A stretch of DNA of 64,000 nt from Alphaproteobacteria bacterium (GCA_036381615.1 DASVCL010000069.1:8154-72153), one strand, 5' to 3'; shown: positions 29,959-41,905, numbered from the stretch's first letter. Numbers and translations: made by a program. The notes: generated by a model not told the origin, from the sequence alone.

Positions 29959-30591
29959 TTACAGAACGTGCCGTACCGGTTTTTTCGCCTGGCCGGCGCC
30001 GGCGTCGTGCCGCCTCTCGTCGTCTGCATTCTCGTCGCTGACATGTTTCAGGCCCTCGGCGAGATAGTCATAGCCGGTGATCAACGTCAGCAGCGCCGCG
30101 ACCCACAATCCGACCTCGCCGATGAGCGTGACCGGCAGGAACGCGGTCGGTGCGGCATCGCCGACGATGAGAAAGCCGAGCGCCGTCATCTGGATACCCG
30201 TCTTCCATTTGGCGAGCTGCGTCACCGGCAGGTTGTGCCGGTTCAATTCGGCCAGGAACTCGCGCAGGCCGGACACCAGCACCTCGCGGCAGAGAATGAC
30301 GAGCGAGGCAAGCACGCTCCAGCCGGTGATCCGGTCGGTGGCGACGAGCATGAGGATCGTCGATGCGACCAGCAGCTTGTCCGCGATCGGGTCCAGGATG
30401 CGCCCGAGTTTCGACTGCTGCTGCCAGACCCGCGCGAAATAGCCGTCGAAATAATCCGTGACCGCCGCCGCCGTGTAGATCGCGCAGGCGACATAGCGCG
30501 TGTAGTCGCCGTCCACGTAAAACAGCGCGACGACCACCGGAATGGCGATGATCCGCGACAGCGTCAGCGTCATCGGGAGGGTGGAAAGCAT
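29959..30591 (-). CDS. pgsA: CDP-diacylglycerol--glycerol-3-phosphate 3-phosphatidyltransferase
   Basis: CDP-alcohol phosphatidyltransferase motif DYFDGYFARVWQQQSKLGRILDPIADK. Confidence 0.9.
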   Translation of the reverse strand: MLSTLPMTLTLSRIIAIPVVVALFYVDGDYTRYVACAIYTAAAVTDYFDGYFARVWQQQSKLGRILDPIADKLLVASTILMLVATDRITGWSVLASLVILCREVLVSGLREFLAELNRHNLPVTQLAKWKTGIQMTALGFLIVGDAAPTAFLPVTLIGEVGLWVAALLTLITGYDYLAEGLKHVSDENADDERRHDAGAGQAKKPVRHVL

Positions 30592-30636
30592 TGGCGTGTC
30601 CTTCCGGTGCGCGGCGGGGAACCGACCGCGCGCATC

Positions 30637-32556
30637 TTAGCTTCCACCATGGAAATGGTCATAGATTTTTCGGGCGACGGCCCGGTTGATGCCGGGAACG
30701 TTCTCGAGGTCGGCAAGCCCCGCCCGCGACACCGCCTTTGCCGAACCGAAATGCAGCAACAGCGCCTTCTTGCGCGAAGGGCCGATGCCGGCGATCTCGT
30801 CGAGCGGCGAACGTACCATCGTCCGCGCGCGGCGTGCGCGATGCCCGCCGATGGCGAAGCGGTGCGCCTCGTCGCGCAGCCGCTGCAGAAAATAGAGCAC
30901 CGGGTCGCGCGGCTCGAGCTGGAACGGCGGGCGGCCGGCCATGAAGAAGCGCTCGCGGCCGGCGTCGCGATCCGGCCCCTTGGCGATCGCGACGACGGGA
31001 ATGTCCGAGATGCCGAGGTCGGCCATCGCCTGCTGCGCGGCGTTGAGCTGTCCCTGGCCGCCGTCGATCAGGACCAGATCGGGCCACGTGCCGCCGGTGC
31101 GCCCCGGATCCTCCTTGAGCGCGCGGCCGAAGCGGCGCGTGAGCACCTCGCGCATCATGCCGTAGTCGTCGCCCGGCGTGATTCCCTCCGGGTTGTCCGG
31201 ACCGGCGGCGGTACGGATGTTGAACTTGCGGTAGGCGTTCTTGATGAAGCCCTCGGGCCCGGCAACGATCATCGCGCCGAGCGCCTCCTGGCCCGCGATA
31301 TGGCTGTTGTCGTAGACCTCGATGCGGGTCGGCGGCGCCTCGAGACCGAAGGCGGCGGCAACCCCTTCCAGCAGCTTGCTCTGTGAAGCGCTCTCGGACA
31401 GGCGGCGGGCCAGGGCCTCGCGGGCATTGGCGAGCGCGTGCTCGACCGGCTTGCGCTTGTCGCCGCGCTCGGGCACCGTGATCCGCACGCGCATGTTCAT
31501 CTTCTGCGTCAGCGCGTCGGCCAGCAGCTCGCGTTCGGCGATGTCCTCGCTCAGCAGGATCAGCGGCGGCGCCGGCTTGTCGTCGTAGAACTGGGGCAGG
31601 AAGGCGCCCAGCACGTCGGCCGTCGACAGGTTGCGGTCGGCGCGCGGGAAATAGGCGCGGTTGCCGTAGTTCCGCCCGTTGCGGAAGAAGAACACCTGGA
31701 TACAGGTCTGGCCGCCGGCCTGGTGGGCGGCAATCACGTCGGCATCGCCCACGCCCTCGATATTGATGTCCTGGCGGGCCTGAATCTGGGTCAGCGCGCG
31801 GATACGGTCGCGGAACAGCGCCGCACGCTCGAAGTCGAGCGTATCGCTCGCCGACTGCATGCGTTGCGCGAGGTCGGCCTGCACCTCGTGCGATCGTCCC
31901 GACAGGAATTCCTCGGCCTGGCGAACGAGCTGGCCATAGTCCTCGACGCTGATGCGCCCGACGCACGGGGCCGAGCAGCGCTTGATCTGGTAAAGGAGAC
32001 ACGGACGCGTTCGCCCGGCGAACACGGTATCGGCGCACGAGCGCAGCAGGAACGCGCGCTGCAACGCCGTCAGCGTCTGGTTGACGGCACCGGCCGACGC
32101 GAACGGTCCGAAATAGCTGCCCTTGCGGTCGCGGCTGCCGCGATGCTTGGCCAGCTGCGGATATTCATGCTCTTTCAGGATCGCGATGTAAGGAAACGAC
32201 TTGTCGTCGCGCAGCAGCACGTTGTAGCGCGGCGTCAGGCGCTTGATCAGGTTGCTCTCGAGCAGTAGCGCCTCGATCTCGGTATGGGTCGTGATCACCT
32301 CGAGGGTGCGGGTCTCGGCCACCATGCGCTGCAGGCGGTTCGGCATGCGCGAGAACTGCAGGTATTGGGCCACGCGGCGCTTCAGGTTTCGCGCCTTGCC
32401 GACGTAGAGCGCTTCGCCCTTGTCGTCGAGCATGCGGTAGACGCCGGGGCTGCCCGGCAGCGTCGCCAGCGCCGCGCGGATCGCTTCCACGCCGCGCGCC
32501 AGACCGCTTGGAACCGGCTCGTCGCCGAACTCGGCCGTGTTCGTTTCGTCGTCCAT
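30637..32556 (-). CDS. uvrC: Excinuclease ABC subunit C
   Basis: GIY-YIG N-terminus ([29 protein letters not shown]), a UvrBC-binding region and a C-terminal RNase H-like plus HhH domain. 639 aa. Confidence 0.95.
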   Translation of the reverse strand: MDDETNTAEFGDEPVPSGLARGVEAIRAALATLPGSPGVYRMLDDKGEALYVGKARNLKRRVAQYLQFSRMPNRLQRMVAETRTLEVITTHTEIEALLLESNLIKRLTPRYNVLLRDDKSFPYIAILKEHEYPQLAKHRGSRDRKGSYFGPFASAGAVNQTLTALQRAFLLRSCADTVFAGRTRPCLLYQIKRCSAPCVGRISVEDYGQLVRQAEEFLSGRSHEVQADLAQRMQSASDTLDFERAALFRDRIRALTQIQARQDINIEGVGDADVIAAHQAGGQTCIQVFFFRNGRNYGNRAYFPRADRNLSTADVLGAFLPQFYDDKPAPPLILLSEDIAERELLADALTQKMNMRVRITVPERGDKRKPVEHALANAREALARRLSESASQSKLLEGVAAAFGLEAPPTRIEVYDNSHIAGQEALGAMIVAGPEGFIKNAYRKFNIRTAAGPDNPEGITPGDDYGMMREVLTRRFGRALKEDPGRTGGTWPDLVLIDGGQGQLNAAQQAMADLGISDIPVVAIAKGPDRDAGRERFFMAGRPPFQLEPRDPVLYFLQRLRDEAHRFAIGGHRARRARTMVRSPLDEIAGIGPSRKKALLLHFGSAKAVSRAGLADLENVPGINRAVARKIYDHFHGGS

Positions 32557-32962
32557 CCTTGTTCGCGTATTAGGGACCGCGCGGCATCCCCGTCAACCGG
32601 CCGGCGGCGCCGAATGTCCTGAAAATCGGGGGATTTCCATGGCCAGCCGCCCTATCCACGGAAGCTGTGGATAAACCTGTGCGTAACGGCGTGGCTAAGC
32701 ACCGCGAAGGCCCAGATTCCTTTATCCGCGACGCAGTTGCCTATTTTATAGGCAAAAAGCTAAGCCATTGGAATTTCGAAAAAACTCCACCGGGAGCCGT
32801 CACGCGGATGCCATGTTTCGCGGAAAAGTGGCGGATTTCCTAAGGATTCGGGGCATGTCAAGGCCTATGTGCACAACTGCCGGTGCGCCGTGCGCAGGCA
32901 GTCCGTTGCCCCCGTCGAATCCGGGTTGTCGTGATTTTTCCGCGGCTCAGCGCGGACGGGCA

Positions 32963-33376
32963 TCAGCCGTCGCGCCGCCGTTCGATCTCGACGCCGACGC
33001 TGACCGCATCGGGATAGACGTCCAGCTTCTCGACTCTCACTCGTGCAACCCGCACGCGCGGGTCGCGCAGGCAGACCTCGGCAATACGCTCGGCCAAGGT
33101 TTCGATCAGATGGACATGCTCATCGGCCTCGACGAGGCAGCGGACGCCGGCAGTGATGCCGTCGTAGCACACGACGTTTTCGATGCGGTCCTGGGCATCC
33201 GTGTCGAGGACGCCAAGGTCGAGGTTGATCCGGACGCGCTGGCGGCGTCCCTTCTCGTGCGCGCGCACGCCGATTTCGGCTTCCAGCACCAGGTCGCGGA
33301 CGAACACGTGCCGCAGGCCTGTCGCGAGGTCGGCGATCGGCCGCGGGGCGGGGTACTGGGGTTTGGGCAAGGCCAC
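32963..33376 (-). CDS. folB: Dihydroneopterin aldolase
   Basis: VFVRDLVLEAEIGVRAHEKGRRQRVRINLDL matches the FolB pattern. GTG start with a GGAGGA RBS. The track ORF start at 33436 is probably an over-extension. Confidence 0.7.
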   Translation of the reverse strand: MALPKPQYPAPRPIADLATGLRHVFVRDLVLEAEIGVRAHEKGRRQRVRINLDLGVLDTDAQDRIENVVCYDGITAGVRCLVEADEHVHLIETLAERIAEVCLRDPRVRVARVRVEKLDVYPDAVSVGVEIERRRDG

Positions 33377-33377
33377 G

Positions 33378-34148
33378 CTATTCCTCCGGACATGGGTGGA
33401 GCTGAGGCGACGCCCAGTTGAGGTGCTGGCCGCCATCGAGCGCGATCATCTGTCCGGTCATCGATCGGGCCTCGAGTATGAACCGGATCGCCGCGCAGAT
33501 TTCGTCGAGCTTTGGGCCGCGTTGCAGCGGGACGCTCGACACCTGCCGTTCGAACTGGGCCTGGCTCTGACGCACGCTCGGCATCACCGGACCGGGCCCG
33601 ATCGCATTGACGCGGATCCGCGGCGCCAGCGCCAGTGCCAGTGTCTGCGTGATCGTCCACAGGCCCGCCTTGCTCAGCGTGTAGGACGTGAAGTGCGGGG
33701 TCACGTTCCACACCCGCTGGTCCAGGATGTTGACGATGACCCCTTCGGCCCCGGCCGGCAGGTTGCGCGCAAAGTCCTGGGACAGCAGGAAGGGCGCGCG
33801 CAGGTTGGTTTCCATATGCGCGTCCCAGCTCGCCCGCGTCACGGTCAACGCTTCGTCGCGCTCGAACAGGGAGGCGTTGTTGACCAGGAGGCCGGGCGGC
33901 CCCAGCGTCGATACCAGGCGCGGCATGATCGTCGCGACGTCGGACTCGCGGCTCAGATCGGCCTTGAGGGCGACGGCGCGGCCGCCCTTCGCGGTGATCT
34001 CCGCCACCACCTGTGCGGCCTCCTCGGCCGAACGGTGATGATGAACGCCGACGGCGAACCCTTGCGCCGCGAGATCGAGCGCGATCGCACGTCCGATGCG
34101 GCGGGCCGCACCGGTGACGAGCGCAACGCGAGGAATCAAAGCCATCAT
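33378..34148 (-). CDS. SDR family oxidoreductase, pteridine reductase (PTR1/FolM)-like
   Basis: The Arg-rich NADPH motif VTGAARRIGRAIA is characteristic of the PTR1/FolM subgroup. Catalytic YxxxK is present (YTLSK). It lies directly upstream of folB. Confidence 0.7.
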   Translation of the reverse strand: MMALIPRVALVTGAARRIGRAIALDLAAQGFAVGVHHHRSAEEAAQVVAEITAKGGRAVALKADLSRESDVATIMPRLVSTLGPPGLLVNNASLFERDEALTVTRASWDAHMETNLRAPFLLSQDFARNLPAGAEGVIVNILDQRVWNVTPHFTSYTLSKAGLWTITQTLALALAPRIRVNAIGPGPVMPSVRQSQAQFERQVSSVPLQRGPKLDEICAAIRFILEARSMTGQMIALDGGQHLNWASPQLHPCPEE

Positions 34149-34182
34149 GACTCGACGACAATGGGCGAGCGGCGGCGGTTGT

Positions 34183-35361
34183 TCAAGCCCGTCCCGCCGG
34201 CGCACCATCCCCCTGCGCCGGGCGGACGAAGAACGACAATCCGCTTGCCAATGTCGCGAGGGCGACGGCTGCGAAACCCAGCGCATAGCTTCCGGTCGCC
34301 GACAGCAGCACGCTGAAGATCGCCGGGGTCACCATGACGCCGCCGAAGGTGAAGAGCCCGGTGCCGCCGGTGACCTCGCCGGCCTTGCCGGGCGGCGAAA
34401 GACGGGCGACCTCGGCAAGGTAGACGCCGTTCCACGCGACCGCCGTTCCGCCGAACGCGGCCGCAACGGCGAGGATCGCGACCAGCGGCCAGTGGGGCGT
34501 AAGGGCGCCGGTCAGCAACGCGAACGTGGCCATGCCGATGCCGAGCCCGCCCAACACCCGGTCGGGCCTGACGAAGCGATCGGCGACGACGCCCCAAAGA
34601 ATGCGGCCGCCCGCGCCGGCGGCCTGCGCCGTCGACAGGACGAGGCCGGCCAGGACGAGCGGCAGGCCGAGACCCTGGTGAAGATACGTGACCAGGAAGG
34701 CGCTGAGGGAGACCTGCATACCGGAGTAGGCGACCGAGATCAGCGCGATCTGGCGAAGCCTGCGATCCTCGAGCACGAGCCGAAGCGGTCCCGTGAACGC
34801 GCTGCGCCAGGTAAGGCGGCGGGTCGGATCGCGCTCCGCGTCGAAGTCCGCGCGCATCGGCTGCACCACGCAGGCAAGCACGAGGCACGCGCCCGCGCCG
34901 GCCAGGATGGCCATACGCCAGCCGAACGCCAGCGCGAGCCCCGGCAGGACCGCACCCGCCAGCATGTTGCCCAGCGGCACGCCCGTCTGCTTGATCGAGA
35001 AAACAAGGTTCATCCAATTCGCCGGCGTGCGACGCGCGAGGATCGTCGAGGACGCCGGCGTCGCCGGCCCGTAGGCGGCACCGAGCAGGATCGCCGAGAG
35101 GCCGAGCGCCAGCAGATGCCCGGTGACGAGCATGACGAGGGCGATCGCGGCGAGGACGAGGCTGATCTGGCTGACGCGGAGCGGTCCGAGCCTGGCGATG
35201 ATCCCACCGCTGACGAGGGCCGCGACGGCGGCGACGCCATAGATGGCCGATACGTAGAGGCCGAGCAGGATCGGGTCGGCCCCGAAATCCGCGGCGGCGA
35301 GCGGCGCCAGCACGGGCCCGGCGAGCGCGGCCGCGGACACCATGACCTGGATCGCCAGCAT
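34183..35361 (-). CDS. MFS transporter (first gene of the SDR-folB operon)
   Basis: 392 aa, 12-TM-like, Gly/Ala-rich helices. Confidence 0.8.
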   Translation of the reverse strand: MLAIQVMVSAAALAGPVLAPLAAADFGADPILLGLYVSAIYGVAAVAALVSGGIIARLGPLRVSQISLVLAAIALVMLVTGHLLALGLSAILLGAAYGPATPASSTILARRTPANWMNLVFSIKQTGVPLGNMLAGAVLPGLALAFGWRMAILAGAGACLVLACVVQPMRADFDAERDPTRRLTWRSAFTGPLRLVLEDRRLRQIALISVAYSGMQVSLSAFLVTYLHQGLGLPLVLAGLVLSTAQAAGAGGRILWGVVADRFVRPDRVLGGLGIGMATFALLTGALTPHWPLVAILAVAAAFGGTAVAWNGVYLAEVARLSPPGKAGEVTGGTGLFTFGGVMVTPAIFSVLLSATGSYALGFAAVALATLASGLSFFVRPAQGDGAPAGRA

Positions 35362-35606
35362 CGCGACCAGCGGGGGAAGGACGCTCTTTGTCGGCAGTTC
35401 GCTCAGGACCGTAAACTTCGCAGAAAGGGTACGGACGGCGCCGCAGTGTGTTGGGAACGACGCGCCGAATCAACAATGTACGCGTAATCGACGCAGGCCG
35501 CATCAATTCGCGTTTGCGGCCCGGTGTGGGATGGTGCAATCCTACGCGACATGCGTGATCGGACACGCCTCGCGTCGAAGGCGTGTCATCACGCAGGAGA
35601 GGCCCA

Positions 35607-35921
35607 ATGAACAAGTTCGCGACGGTCGTGTCTGCGACCGTGCTCCTGCTGTCTGCAGGCAGCACCTCGGCGGGGCCGACATTCGATGCCGTGAAGGCGA
35701 AGGGTTACGTTCAGTGCGGGGTCAACGGGGCCGTGCCCGGGCTCTCGGCGCCCGATTCCCAAGGCATCTGGAAAGGAATCGACATCAACCTCTGCGGGGG
35801 GATCGCGGCGCCGATGTTCGGCGACGCGGACAAGGTCAGGTACGCGCCGGTCGTGCTCGTGCGCGGCCTGAACGATCTGTGGACGCGCGGCGGGCTGATG
35901 TACGCAATCCCGATGCGCTGA
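35607..35921 (+). pseudogene. aapJ: In-frame internal-deletion remnant of aapJ/bztA (general L-amino acid ABC transporter substrate-binding protein)
   Basis: The N-terminus (signal peptide plus TFDAVKAKGYVQCGVNGAVPGLSAPDSQGIWKGIDINLCGGIAAPMFGDADKVRYAP) matches the AapJ N-terminus. The C-terminus (VRGLNDLWTRGGLMYAIPMR) matches the extreme AapJ C-terminus. About 230 central residues and all downstream permease/ATPase genes are missing. Confidence 0.65.
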
Positions 35922-36022
35922 TCGCGCAGCAAGGAGTCCTTGCAAGCCGCCATCGCAGCGGCCACGGCTATGAGGGGCACTGGCCGCAACGGACTTCGGA
36001 CGGTGCGGAGCGCACGGGAGGG

Positions 36023-36058
36023 AACGGCGTCAGCTCGTGCTGACGCCGTTCTTGTTTT
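36023..36058 (+). terminator. Rho-independent terminator downstream of the aapJ remnant
   Basis: 12-bp stem AACGGCGTCAGC-tcgt-GCTGACGCCGTT followed by CTTGTTTTCG. Confidence 0.65.
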
Positions 36059-36085
36059 CGCGGCGCTTTGGAGGTGGACACGAAC

Positions 36086-36634
36086 ATGGTCGTGCTGCCG
36101 ATCACGACGGCGCGGCTCCGTCTGCGCATGCCGCGCCTCGACGATGCGCAGGCGGTCGAGGCGATGGTGTGCGAGCGCGCGGTCGCGGAAACGACGGCGG
36201 CAATTCCGCATCCCTATCCGCCGGGCGGCGCCGGGCCGTTTCTTGCCCGCGTGCTTGCCTGGTGGGCGGATGGACGCACGTATCACTTCGCCGTGGAACG
36301 GCGCGAGGACGAAGCGCTGATCGGCATGATCGAGCTGCGGCCGGGTATCGACGGCAGGCCGGCCGATCTCGGCTACTACGTCGGCAGGCCGTACTGGGGC
36401 CACGGCTACGCGACCGAGGCCGTCGGCCGGGTCGTCGCGCTCGGATTCGAGGCGTTCAACGTCGCGCGCTTCGAGACATGCGTCTTTGCGGGCAACGTCG
36501 CCTCCGCCCGGGTCCTGTCCAAGATCGGGTTCAAAAAGACGGGCGAGGCGGAGCGCGACTATCCGGTACGCGGCCGCCGCATCCGCGTCTGGCTGTACGC
36601 GCGCGACAGGCCGGTACCGCCGAGGCCGGGTTAG
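36086..36634 (+). CDS. GNAT family N-acetyltransferase (RimJ/RimL-like)
   Basis: LRLRMPRLDDAQAV...YYVGRPYWGHGYATEAV...FAGNVASARVLSKIGF. Confidence 0.8.
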   Translation: MVVLPITTARLRLRMPRLDDAQAVEAMVCERAVAETTAAIPHPYPPGGAGPFLARVLAWWADGRTYHFAVERREDEALIGMIELRPGIDGRPADLGYYVGRPYWGHGYATEAVGRVVALGFEAFNVARFETCVFAGNVASARVLSKIGFKKTGEAERDYPVRGRRIRVWLYARDRPVPPRPG

Positions 36635-36832
36635 ATCGGGGGACCGCCGACCGCGATTCGAAGGGACGAAATTCCCGGCCGCGCCGTCATTCACGGCGAA
36701 CCGGAGGTGCCGCTCGTCCCGGAACGCCTTCCCGGCAGTGTAGACCTTCTTGTTCTCGAAGGTCGCATCCTGGCGCAGCGCCCGGCGCGCAGAATGGACG
36801 AAGGTCCGGATAGGAAGAGACCGCGCGGCCTG

Positions 36833-39067
<2,235 letters not shown>

Positions 39068-39363
39068 CGCACCTTCCTATATGCGCCCGGCTGCTCGGGA
39101 TGGCGAGTCCAAATGTCGAACGAAACTTGGCGGCCGATCTGAACCGCCGGCCGCGCCCGGCGTTTCACCTGCTGCCGCTCCCGACCGGTTGAGCGAGCTG
39201 GGATGGCCGTTGCATGCAGGCCGGTGACCACGATTCCGGGGCGTCGGGTGACGGGCAGCCGGAGATGCGTCGCGTCCGACGCGGGCGTCGGTTGCGCCGC
39301 GCCGGCGACGACCCTGCGACGCGCCGCGTCGGCGCGGCACCGTCGGTTCATCCGGCGACGCCG

Positions 39364-41211
39364 ATGTCGCGGCTGATCGTCGGAACGCTCGGGGTCGTCT
39401 ACGGCGATATCGGCACGAGCCCGCTCTATACCCTGCGCGAGGCGTTCGGCGGCCACGCGCTGCCGCTCGAATACGCGGCGGTACTGGGCGTGCTGTCGCT
39501 CGTGTTCTGGGCGCTCGTCATCGTGGTGACGCTCAAGTACGTCGTCGTCATCCTGCGCGCCGACAATCGCGGCGAGGGCGGCGTGCTTGCGCTGGCGACG
39601 CTGGCGCAGCGCGGCGTTTCGTCCAACCGGCATCTGTCCGCGCCGACGGTCATGCTCGCCATGCTGGGCGCCGCGCTGTTCTATGGCGACGGCGTGATCA
39701 CGCCGGCGATCTCGGTCTTAAGCGCCGTCGAGGGGCTGCAGGTCGCAACGCCGTTGCTGGCGCCTTACGTCGTGCCGGTCGCGGCCGCCATTCTGGCGGT
39801 ACTCTTTCTGCTCCAGCGGCGCGGCACCGCGCAGGTCGGGCGCCTGTTCGGGCCGATCATGGTCCTGTGGTTCTTGACCCTGGCCGTGCTCGGCCTGATC
39901 GAGGTCGTGCGCCACCCCGGCATCCTGCGGGCACTGAACCCGCTCTACGGCCTGGCGCTGTTCGCGACGCATGGCGGGACGGCCTTCCTCGCGCTGGGCG
40001 CCGTCGTGCTTGCGGTGACCGGCGCCGAGGCACTCTATGCCGACATGGGGCATTTCGGGCGCCGGCCGATCCGCGCCGCTTGGCTCGGCTTCGTCCTGCC
40101 CAGCCTGCTGCTCAACTACTTCGGACAGGGCGCGCTGCTGATTCGCGATCCCGCCGCGCTCGATCATCCGTTCTACCATCTGGCGCCGGCCTGGGCGCTT
40201 TATCCGCTGGTGCTGCTGGCGACGGCCGCGGCGATAATCGCCTCGCAGGCGGTGATCTCGGGCGCGTTCTCGATGACGCGGCAGGCGGTGCAGCTCGGCT
40301 TCCTGCCGCGGCTCGAGGTCCGCCATACCTCGGAGGTCGAAATCGGCCAGGTCTATGCGCCGAAGATCAACTGGCTTCAGATGGCCATGGTCGTGGCCGT
40401 CGCGGTCGGTTTCGGCTCGTCCAGCGCGTTGGCCGCCGCCTATGGAATCGCGGTCACGGGCGCAATGCTGATTGACACGGTGCTGGTGACGCTCGTCGCC
40501 GCGACGCTGTGGCATTGGCGCCGCCCGATGCTTGCGGCGGTGATCGCGCTGTTCCTCGCCGTCGATCTCGCCTTCTTCGGGGCCAATGTGCTCAAGATCC
40601 CGTCCGGCGGCTGGTTTCCCATCCTCCTCGCCGCCGTCGTGTTCTGTCTCATGTCGACGTGGCATGAAGGGCGCCGCATCCTGTTCGAAAAGCTGATCCG
40701 GGCCGCGCCGCCGCTCGACGAGCTTGCGCGTCAGCTCGCCGCCCGGCCGCCGCATCGGGTACCGGGCATCGCCGTCTTCCTGTCGGGCAGCGGCAAGGTC
40801 GCGCCGCGGGCGCTGCTTCACAATCTCAAGCACAACAAGGTGCTGCACGAACGCGTCATCGTGGCGACGGTCGTCACCGAGGACGTGCCGCGGCTGGCCG
40901 ACGGCGAACGGGTCGAGGTCGAGCCGCTCGCCGCCGACTTTCGTCGCGTCCGCATCCGTTACGGCTTCATGGAGCGTCCCGATGTGCCGGCCGCGCTCGA
41001 ACGCGCCCAAGTGCTCGGCCCGAACACCGACCTCCGCACGGCATCCTACTATCTGAGCCGCGAGACGCTGATTCCGTCGGCCCGTCGCGACCTCTCGGCC
41101 TGGCGTGAGCAGATCTTCATCTTCCTGTCGGGCGTGGCGCTCTCGCCCAGCGATTTCTTCTGTCTGCCGCCCGACCGCGTCGTCGAGGTCGGTACCCAGG
41201 TCGAGATCTGA
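39364..41211 (+). CDS. kup: Potassium uptake protein Kup (KUP/HAK/KT family)
   Basis: GTLGVVYGDIGTSPLYTLREAF plus 12 TMS and a cytoplasmic C-terminal domain. Confidence 0.9.
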   Translation: MSRLIVGTLGVVYGDIGTSPLYTLREAFGGHALPLEYAAVLGVLSLVFWALVIVVTLKYVVVILRADNRGEGGVLALATLAQRGVSSNRHLSAPTVMLAMLGAALFYGDGVITPAISVLSAVEGLQVATPLLAPYVVPVAAAILAVLFLLQRRGTAQVGRLFGPIMVLWFLTLAVLGLIEVVRHPGILRALNPLYGLALFATHGGTAFLALGAVVLAVTGAEALYADMGHFGRRPIRAAWLGFVLPSLLLNYFGQGALLIRDPAALDHPFYHLAPAWALYPLVLLATAAAIIASQAVISGAFSMTRQAVQLGFLPRLEVRHTSEVEIGQVYAPKINWLQMAMVVAVAVGFGSSSALAAAYGIAVTGAMLIDTVLVTLVAATLWHWRRPMLAAVIALFLAVDLAFFGANVLKIPSGGWFPILLAAVVFCLMSTWHEGRRILFEKLIRAAPPLDELARQLAARPPHRVPGIAVFLSGSGKVAPRALLHNLKHNKVLHERVIVATVVTEDVPRLADGERVEVEPLAADFRRVRIRYGFMERPDVPAALERAQVLGPNTDLRTASYYLSRETLIPSARRDLSAWREQIFIFLSGVALSPSDFFCLPPDRVVEVGTQVEI

Positions 41212-41281
41212 GGCGGGCGGCATGAAATGCCGCAGGACGGGCCCTTGAAATATCGCGTAGCCGTGGCTATCCGGATATGTT

Positions 41282-41298
41282 GTTAGAATAATTCTAAT
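41282..41298. promoter_or_regulatory. Irr/ICE-type box (gTTAGAA-TAA-TTCTAAt) in the ahpCD promoter
   Basis: 15 of 17 match to the iron-control-element consensus TTTAGAA-N3-TTCTAAA. It is AT-rich in a GC-rich genome and lies just downstream of a TTGAAA-17-TATCCG promoter-like element. Confidence 0.55.
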
Positions 41299-41365
41299 AG
41301 TCGATCGCAGCTCCGGTTGGGGCCGTGACGGCTACGCGTGTCCATCAGCAAGGAGTTCTCGAAGA

Positions 41366-41905
41366 ATGCTTACCGTTGGCGACAAGTTTCCGCAGTTCAA
41401 GCTGAAGGCGGTCGTGCCCGGCGACATGAAGACGGCCTTCACCGAGGTCACCGAAAAGAGCTTTTCGGGCAAGTGGAAGGTCTTCTTCTTCTGGCCGAAG
41501 GACTACACGTTCGTCTGCCCGACCGAGATCGTCGGCTTCGGCCAGCTCGATCGCGAGTTCAAGGATCGCGATGCGCAGCTGATCGGCGGCAGCACGGATT
41601 CCGAGTTCGTGCACTTTGCCTGGCGGCAGAGCCGGGACGACCTGAAGAACGTGCCGTTCCCCTGGCTGTCGGACATCAAGCGCGAGCTGTGCCAGCAGCT
41701 CGGCATTCTCCACGCGGACGAAGGTGTTGCGCTCCGGGCGACCTTCATCGTCGATCCGGACAACGTCATCCGTTTCGCGATGGTGACCGACCTCAACGTC
41801 GGCCGGAATCCGCAGGAGGTCCTGCGCGTCCTCGACGCGCTGCAGACCGACGAGCTGTGCCCCTGCAACTGGCAGCAGGGCCAGGACACGCTGAAGGCGG
41901 CCTGA
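41366..41905 (+). CDS. ahpC: Peroxiredoxin AhpC (AhpD-dependent, mycobacterial type)
   Basis: FFWPKDYTFVCPTEI and LCPCNW match the Mtb-type AhpC. It is followed by ahpD. Confidence 0.9.
   Translation: MLTVGDKFPQFKLKAVVPGDMKTAFTEVTEKSFSGKWKVFFFWPKDYTFVCPTEIVGFGQLDREFKDRDAQLIGGSTDSEFVHFAWRQSRDDLKNVPFPWLSDIKRELCQQLGILHADEGVALRATFIVDPDNVIRFAMVTDLNVGRNPQEVLRVLDALQTDELCPCNWQQGQDTLKAA

Noticed and set aside
32768-33421. 217-aa plus-strand ORF in the uvrC/folB spacer.
   Set aside because: It overlaps folB antisense, has no family resemblance and has poor start context.
39068-39363. Long GC-rich leader before kup, considered as a possible riboswitch (for example c-di-AMP/ydaO type).
   Set aside because: There are no recognisable riboswitch consensus elements. 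That riboswitch class is essentially absent from alphaproteobacteria. The region also contains the divergent uvrB promoter.
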